Shown here: piece by piece, positions 26,654 to 32,734 of the stretch
Layout of the letters: each line of letters starts with the position of its first letter
Numbering within the stretch: the stretch's first letter is position 1
Assembly: GCA_000708835.1 (NCBI GenBank)
Contig: DF237738.1
Span: 1-32,734, forward strand
DNA from: Klebsormidium nitens
Taxonomy: Eukaryota; Plantae; Klebsormidiophyceae
Direction: 5' to 3'
DNA length: 32,734 nucleotides
Translations under genes and position numbers: made by a program
The notes under the pieces: generated by a model
The model's database searches: none
What the model saw: only the letters and a program-made list of their open reading frames with translations
What the model was told of the DNA's origin: nothing

Positions 26654-27457
26654 ATGAACGATTTGAAGATACAGTTTATTTCAGACTTGCATTTGGAGAT
26701 GACTTTGAAACGATTCCCCACCTTTCCTGTCACTGCTCCACACCTGGCATTGCTGGGCGACATAGGCAAGGTAGGAAGTGCAAAGTTTGCAGGTTTCATC
26801 TCAGACATCGCCCCAAAGTACGTCACTGTGTTGGTGGTGGCCGGCAATCACGAGTTTTACAGTGGCATATATGACGATGTCAAAGATGAGATCCGAAAGA
26901 TCACCGACCAACACACAAACGTGCATTTTTTGGATCGCAACGTGTTGGAAGTGCAAGGGGTCAAGATCATCGGATGTACGCTATGGACTCATGTACCCCT
27001 CGCCTGCCAGAGGGCAGTGGAGAGCAGTATCAACGATTACAAGCTGATCTATTGCAAAGACATGCTTGGAATTCCACGGCCTTTTACGGTTGCGGAAACC
27101 AATGAGCTGCATAGAGTTGAGAGAGAATTTATCCTTCGGGAGATTGAAAGTTCGAGAGAAACAGGCAAATGCACTGTCGTTCTCACACACCATGCGCCAT
27201 TGATGAAGGGTACGTCAGATCCCAAGTTCTTTGGAACGCCGACGAGCCACGCATTCAGCACTGACATGCCGGATCTGATGGGATCACCCGTCGTAGCTTG
27301 GCTGCACGGTCACACGCATTTCAATTCTCCCGGCACTCGAATGAAAGGCACGCTCGTAACTGCTAATCAAAAGGGGTACATAGACGAGAATGTAGGACTC
27401 GCTTTTCGACTGGAAGCCTTTTTGCACATTGTTGACTCAACAGCCAGCGTAAAATAG
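26654..27457 (+). CDS. Calcineurin-like metallophosphoesterase
   Basis: Motifs SDLHLE, LLGDIG, GNHE, GCTLWT, THHAP and HGHTH. Confidence 0.92.
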   Translation: MNDLKIQFISDLHLEMTLKRFPTFPVTAPHLALLGDIGKVGSAKFAGFISDIAPKYVTVLVVAGNHEFYSGIYDDVKDEIRKITDQHTNVHFLDRNVLEVQGVKIIGCTLWTHVPLACQRAVESSINDYKLIYCKDMLGIPRPFTVAETNELHRVEREFILREIESSRETGKCTVVLTHHAPLMKGTSDPKFFGTPTSHAFSTDMPDLMGSPVVAWLHGHTHFNSPGTRMKGTLVTANQKGYIDENVGLAFRLEAFLHIVDSTASVK

Positions 27458-27489
27458 GCGCAGCAGTTCTTTACAATTGACTAGGACAA

Positions 27490-28593
27490 TTACTTTCCAA
27501 ACACAGACTTTGTGTTGTATGCCTCTTCAAACTCCTCCTTGTCTCTAGCAAAGGCCATCGGTGAAACGACAGCTACGGAACCCATCACACAGCCCTGCTT
27601 GTGCCTCTTCCAGTCTGCCTGCTGGCACTCCTTACTATAGTAGGACGCGCGCATACACCTGCTGCAAATCAACCTCTTGCTACCTATTGTTTGTGGCTTG
27701 CAGCATTTTTGGCAATTCTTGCTGGCAGCACCCCGTGCACCTTCTGTCAGTTTCACCACGACACTTCTGATACACCTGGCCAGCAAGTCCTCCACAGCAC
27801 TTTCGGTGACGGGCAGCCCGTGCTTGGTCAAGACAACCCTCAGCGTTGCATCATCAGGCCTCTTCCCATTGGAAAGTGTGATACACTCCTCTACCAATGG
27901 CTCTCTGCTCGGGACATGAATGCTAATTGTGATGTCCCCCTTGCTCGCAGACAGCCCCATCAGCTTTGCCCTTTTGGCAATAAGCTTGGGCAGCTCCACA
28001 TAGTCAGCCCACTTTTCTTCCTCCATCAAGCGGTCGCAAGACTCTCTGAAATACAGCAGCGTTTGCAGCTGGTAGCCGGTATCCAACTGAATGAGGGTTA
28101 TGTGCGTCAATTGAGAATTGACGCCCTTGAGTGCTTTGTCAAAATCGTCTCTGAGATCGGCTGCCTCATCTTCTTTCAGTTTGGTAATACTACCATGCGG
28201 CGCTTCTTCAACCGGCAGCATCACATACGCCTGCGTCGATGCATGATAGATGCAAAAGTAGCTGCGCGCCAACCTTGGGGACAGTTTGATGCACCTCAGC
28301 ATGTGGGCAATCTCGAGAACATCTGTGAACATTTGAGGATTGCGCCATCCCCCGCCTCGCACTAGGGCGGTCTTCAATCTATCCAGGTATCTCTGAACGA
28401 CGCCCCTCGGATTCGCCATTTTTGCCCAACGTGTCCGCTGTGTTGTGAAAGGGTAGAGGTTGTGAAGCAAAAAGGAGGCAGGCAGGTGAAATGACATCCC
28501 GTACAAGCTCTGAATGTTGCAGATATTTGCAGGTCGGTACGATCCGTTCTGTCTATGGAAATCTGAACCATCAATTAAGATTCTCTGGCACAT
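27490..28593 (-). CDS. MYND zinc-finger protein (one ligand Cys appears as Tyr)
   Basis: CQKC...CSRCMRASYYSKECQQADWKRHKQGC. The start may instead be at 28419. Confidence 0.75.
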   Translation of the reverse strand: MCQRILIDGSDFHRQNGSYRPANICNIQSLYGMSFHLPASFLLHNLYPFTTQRTRWAKMANPRGVVQRYLDRLKTALVRGGGWRNPQMFTDVLEIAHMLRCIKLSPRLARSYFCIYHASTQAYVMLPVEEAPHGSITKLKEDEAADLRDDFDKALKGVNSQLTHITLIQLDTGYQLQTLLYFRESCDRLMEEEKWADYVELPKLIAKRAKLMGLSASKGDITISIHVPSREPLVEECITLSNGKRPDDATLRVVLTKHGLPVTESAVEDLLARCIRSVVVKLTEGARGAASKNCQKCCKPQTIGSKRLICSRCMRASYYSKECQQADWKRHKQGCVMGSVAVVSPMAFARDKEEFEEAYNTKSVFGK

Positions 28594-28625
28594 GGTCCGA
28601 TCCTCAGATTTTTTGCACTGTCAGC

Positions 28626-28678
28626 ACCCTAAAAACCTTGAAACTCTAAAACCCTAAAACCCTAAAACCCTAAAACTC
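28626..28678. repeat. Telomere-like (CCCTAAAA)n / TTTTAGGG tract, about 6 units, 3 consecutive perfect
   Basis: ACCCTAAA AACCTTGAA ACTCTAAA ACCCTAAA ACCCTAAA ACCCTAAA ACTC. Confidence 0.85.
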
Positions 28679-29901
28679 TTCTGACAACGTTCCGCTCTGG
28701 CCATGATTGTACAAGACTTGGAACGCGGAGCAAACTGTCTTATAATTTATGGAACCGTGGCAGCGGCATGCAAGGCTGGGATCGAGGATGAGCTTGAAGT
28801 TGCCGTCCGTGTTGAATGCCCCCGTCCCGAACCCCGCCTTTTGAGACCATGGCCCGATGAGGGCGTGCTTCGGCGGTATCACCTTGCGCCTCCTGAGGAT
28901 TTCCAGGCAGTCTAGAGTCGCGTCTGTCACCGTCTTGAGATGCAGTGCGTACGCAGGCTTATTGGCGTACACAGCTTGCAACTCTCCTTGACGAGTCATG
29001 ACCTTTTCGAGACACCTGCTCACGAATGGGTCGACGCCGAGGATCCAAAAGGGGTCTATGATGAGATTATTACCCTTCAACACGTACTCCGGCAGCCTCG
29101 AGACGTGAATATCTATGTTAGTCCTCGGCCGGTTGAGGCTCGGGTTGAATTGGTCCACCCTGAACGCTCCCGACACGAAGGAGTGTGCCTGCGCCAGATT
29201 TCTTCCCTTCAACCCGTACTTTATTGGGTTGCGAGACGAGTCCGAAATATGTTTTCCAAGTAGCGGCTGGATGTGAACGGGTGTACGCCGAGTATGTCGT
29301 AGGGGGTGTCATTGGACTTGTAGAAGCCCTGGCCGCCGGCCTGCGTCTGCCAGAGGGATCCTCCGAACCAGTATTTTTGAACGATGGGCGAGGCGACCTC
29401 ATGATACCCGTGCAATTGGGTTGAGTACAGCTCGTAGACGTCCAGGACGTCCTGGCGGAGGAAGTGGAAGTCCTCGGCCCCGATGACGGCGCACATCTTG
29501 TACCAGCCAGGCGATGCGGCTTTCTTCCAGTCTGTCTTCTCTGTTGTGGTCCATTCTCTGTTCCGTTTCGTGCCGAGGTTGCCGTCCTGGATTCTCGCTG
29601 CGGCTATTCCGTCCGCGAGGATGGAGTTGTCTAGGTCCGGACACCCTCTCTGGAGGTCGACTCCAGGATCTCTGAGATCAAAATTTCTGACCAGATCCGG
29701 ATATGCCATTGCTAGGTCGGACGGCTGGGCCTTTTGCTCTTGCGCGTGCGAGAAACCGAGCGCATACGAGTAGCAGTTTCCGCTGGACAGATCGCAATCC
29801 CATGGAAACGTGCTGAAACCGTACTCGGCTCCAGAGATGGGCATCAGGTAGTTGGAATTGAGGGTGGTGCCTTTGAAGGAGGTATCCATTGAAAGAAGCA
29901 T
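28670..29901 (-). pseudogene. Conserved phycodnavirus-like protein (NCYSYA...DFHF...WSQK.G), frameshifted at about 29248
   Basis: N-part: PISGAE, GNCYSYA, GWYKM, DFHFLRQ. C-part in another frame: WSQKAGFG...ILDP...NY..VCSAF. Removing an AT duplication joins the two. Confidence 0.7.
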
Positions 29902-29935
29902 ACATTTTTGCTGCGTACGCAACGAGTGCAATCAA

Positions 29936-31216
29936 ATGAACGTTATAGCAATGGCGGCAGTTCAGCTCTTGCTCTCGGACCTGCTTTTAGCTCATACGCC
30001 AGTTGAACAGGAGATGCTGTTGGCCATGGCCGCGGTCTCCCGAGAGTTCCGGAGCGTGGCTCAGGCTGGCTGGCGTGCTCGGCAGGTCCAATACCAACTG
30101 GGGCTTCAGAGGCATTGCGAGGCGGGGATTGAGCTCAGCAGGAGGACCGGTCAGGTAAGCACGTGCGACGGATGTAAAAGTAGATCAACAATGATCTATC
30201 CCTTCGATCCGGACCTGTATGCGTGCCCCGTCTGCACGTCCAGCACGGGTCCGAGATATCTACGTATCATAAGCTTCACGGCCTGTCGGGAACGTCTCCT
30301 GCTGTTGCCGATCGACCTCTTTCCGTGCATGGTGTTGGAAACTGTTCATACGACGTACGGCAACGCGATTCGTATGTACAGATGGCAGGAGGTGATTGCC
30401 ATCGCTTTCGACAAGCACGGAGGCCCTCGCGGCCTTCAGGACGCCTTGGATGCGAGGGATGTGTCGAGGAAGAAGAAAGGCCTCCCCCGGGAGGCGCGGG
30501 ACTCGTTCGCGAGGGCCGTGATCGCAGAGTGCGACCCCGAAGGCGCTTGCGACCCCGGCGACGTCATCCGATACTGTTGCGACGAGTTCGTCAGGAACGG
30601 GAAGGGTGGCAAGAAGGGCGTCAGAGCTCGGGTGGAGCGCTACGTCAGCTTCAAGGCCGCCATGCCGCCGTGCAGCGGTCACGTGACGACGGTTCTCCAC
30701 CAGTACCTCCACCGATACGTGAGCACGGGCTCCCAGACGGTGCTCGAGGCCGCCCCCAAGGCCAGGCTCCTCTGTGAGGCCCTGCAAGGGGAGACGACGC
30801 ACGTCACATTGGCCGACATGAGCCACTATATACAGGGTCGCTGCTCGTTGGGTGCCACAATCGTGCATTGTCAGCGACGGTCGGCCAGGTTTACGGGTCT
30901 CGTGCATGCTCTGGCAGCGAGAGGGCTCACCTTACGTCCAGATTCCCGAATGTGCTCGGACTTCATCGAGCAGGAGGGTAAGTGGAGCCTCGAGGTCGTG
31001 GTGAACGTGATGGACGAGATGCGCTTCTACTTTGAGCACACGCGCTATGCCAGCGAGGTCCGCCACGCGTCTTCCGAACTGGCCAAGAGCAGGGCTCTTC
31101 GGCAATGGGTTGCCGAAGGGGGTACGCTGGGTTCTCCCGGGCTCCCGTTGAGCCTCGTGCGGCAGGTGGATAAGCTTCTTTGGAAGCGTCGCCGTGCGTC
31201 CGAAGCGCGTGGGTAA
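29936..31216 (+). CDS. Hypothetical protein: F-box-like start, CxxC..CxxC, XPA-C-like module
   Basis: AVSREFRSVA..W; CDGC...CPVC; IRMYRWQEV..IAFDKHGG..GL; LAARGLTLRPDSRMC. Confidence 0.65.
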   Translation: MNVIAMAAVQLLLSDLLLAHTPVEQEMLLAMAAVSREFRSVAQAGWRARQVQYQLGLQRHCEAGIELSRRTGQVSTCDGCKSRSTMIYPFDPDLYACPVCTSSTGPRYLRIISFTACRERLLLLPIDLFPCMVLETVHTTYGNAIRMYRWQEVIAIAFDKHGGPRGLQDALDARDVSRKKKGLPREARDSFARAVIAECDPEGACDPGDVIRYCCDEFVRNGKGGKKGVRARVERYVSFKAAMPPCSGHVTTVLHQYLHRYVSTGSQTVLEAAPKARLLCEALQGETTHVTLADMSHYIQGRCSLGATIVHCQRRSARFTGLVHALAARGLTLRPDSRMCSDFIEQEGKWSLEVVVNVMDEMRFYFEHTRYASEVRHASSELAKSRALRQWVAEGGTLGSPGLPLSLVRQVDKLLWKRRRASEARG

Positions 31217-31229
31217 TAATGTGCAGTTG

Positions 31230-32222
31230 ATGGAAATGGATCTACACCCTCATCACCGGTACGACTCAAAGACTTCGACGATGCCGCAGAGGGATACCCT
31301 CTTTGAACGGCAGAGGCTGGGCCATGCGGCGTCGACGGAGTTGGAGTTCAACACTTTTATCATAGACATCGACTCTTCTGCGCGAGACCAGGACAGGTTT
31401 CCGGACACGGACGAGTATACGGTGTATTTTAAGAATCCGTTGATCAATGTCGTCCGTTGTGACCTGCTGTCTGCAGAGGTCCCGAATGTGGCCTTCAACG
31501 TCGATACATCGAATCAGAACTTTGCCCTTGAAGAGGTGGTGGGGTCCAACGCTCCTTTTGTCGTTGCTTTCGAGATCCAGCAGGGGCACTACGATATTAC
31601 CGGCCTGTCGAACGAGATTCAGCGGCTCTTGAATATCTATACGCATGGTACTGGCTCACCGTACACGGTGTCCTCCATCACGAGCCAGAACAAGGTCATT
31701 TTCAGAGCTGCCGCCCCGGTGACTCGGTTTAGGCTGCGGTTCGACCTCGGGGATAACTGCAGCGGGCTTTTGGGGTTCGGCAACGATGCCACACCGTTCA
31801 ATGACACGGTCGTTTCGACCGACGATCCTATGTACGCTAAAGCTCTCCTATCGACTGCTTATGTGGACACGTCCGGCGATCATTGTGTTTTCCTCACCAG
31901 CCCCGAGCTGGGCACCAACTTTCACGAGGTTTCGTACCAGAAGACTCAGATGGGGCTCGTGACCAGCATGCCTGCCAACTCTTTCGGTAAGATTGCCCTC
32001 GCCGGTGCTGCCGGGAGCCTCGTGATATACACTCCGTCAACCGGTTTCCCCATATTCAAGGAGTTTCGGCCACCTATCGGGAAGCTGGATCAGTTGACGA
32101 TCAAGTGGCTCAGGCGGGACAGCTCACGCGTTGACTTCAAGGGTTTGGACAACTCCCTGCAGCTGCAATTCAAAAGTGTCACCCGATCCCTCGGAGCTCC
32201 TAATTTTGGCGGCTTCTTTTAG
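31230..32222 (+). CDS. Putative penton/minor capsid protein (DUF5901-like)
   Basis: IDIDSSARD..FP...Y.V.F.....NV...L..AEVPN...GHY....L...LLGF...F.PPI.KL..LTI......VDF.G pattern of NCLDV/polinton-type pentons. Confidence 0.65.
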   Translation: MEMDLHPHHRYDSKTSTMPQRDTLFERQRLGHAASTELEFNTFIIDIDSSARDQDRFPDTDEYTVYFKNPLINVVRCDLLSAEVPNVAFNVDTSNQNFALEEVVGSNAPFVVAFEIQQGHYDITGLSNEIQRLLNIYTHGTGSPYTVSSITSQNKVIFRAAAPVTRFRLRFDLGDNCSGLLGFGNDATPFNDTVVSTDDPMYAKALLSTAYVDTSGDHCVFLTSPELGTNFHEVSYQKTQMGLVTSMPANSFGKIALAGAAGSLVIYTPSTGFPIFKEFRPPIGKLDQLTIKWLRRDSSRVDFKGLDNSLQLQFKSVTRSLGAPNFGGFF

Positions 32223-32274
32223 GGACCGTTTTTGCGGAGCCACAAGCATTTTGTTATTTCCTATACGAAAGCAG

Positions 32275-32574
32275 ATGTTGCAGGTCGATGACTTGAAGAA
32301 ATTGGAGACGGGTCACTACGTACTATACATCGTTACTGGTGATGTTCTCCGTAGGGGCATTTATAGGATACCGTTCATTACGGAAACACTTGCAAACGAG
32401 TGTTCATCGGTTTACCAGGAGCACTGCTGCGAATTTTTGGTGAAGAACTATCCGTTCAGTAGGGTGGACAAGGTGATCTGTGTGTTTGACGGAGAGTTGA
32501 TGCATTCGATTTCGGGGTCAGGGACCCGATACTCCATGAAGAAAATCGATGCGTACAACGAGACGATTGTGTGA
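32275..32574 (+). CDS. Hypothetical protein (99 aa)
   Basis: ATG at 32275; no recognised motif. Confidence 0.5.
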   Translation: MLQVDDLKKLETGHYVLYIVTGDVLRRGIYRIPFITETLANECSSVYQEHCCEFLVKNYPFSRVDKVICVFDGELMHSISGSGTRYSMKKIDAYNETIV

Positions 32575-32671
32575 CGCTCTAGGCCTTGAGCAAGCCTAGA
32601 GGCGCACATTTACCTAACTAGTATAAATAATACGGTGAAAACAGCCGGAATATCAACGCGCGTCCTTTTTG

Positions 32672-32734
32672 GCTGCCGTAGCACAGTGGTAGTGTGTGAC
32701 GATTCGAGTCTATGAATCTTCATATCGAACTCGT
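32672..32734 (+). tRNA. tRNA-like 5' half, truncated by the window end (possibly intron-containing)
   Basis: A-box TAGCACAGTGG, D-stem GCAC/GTGT with an AGTGGTA loop, and GACGA.../TCGT pairing. The T-arm and acceptor 3' strand are not visible. Confidence 0.3.

Overview
This is a gene-dense segment of a giant DNA virus genome (Nucleocytoviricota). It is probably an endogenised, partly decayed copy from a virus of a cellulose-walled green or streptophyte alga; that host is inferred, not proven. Viral hallmark genes include a divergent double jelly-roll capsid paralog, an A32-type packaging ATPase, a penton-like protein, a YqaJ exonuclease, RNase III, an NAD-dependent ligase and a Prim-Pol/D5 primase-helicase. 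Host-like genes include a GH9 cellulase, a CAP/PR-1 protein, a spliced PHO80/CYCU-type cyclin, an LRR fragment and a MYND finger protein. Five genes appear broken by in-frame TAGs or 1-2 bp indels. The most striking structure is a mobile system built on a tandem double-HNH endonuclease present in 3 copies, all sharing a 55-bp leader and an invariant CTTAGGGACAT 3' end. One copy forms a 3.9-kb unit with the primase-helicase, bounded by 26-bp direct repeats. The other two carry remnants of the primase 3' end. One of those two sits between 76-bp duplicates of the RNase III 3' end that differ only at synonymous positions.
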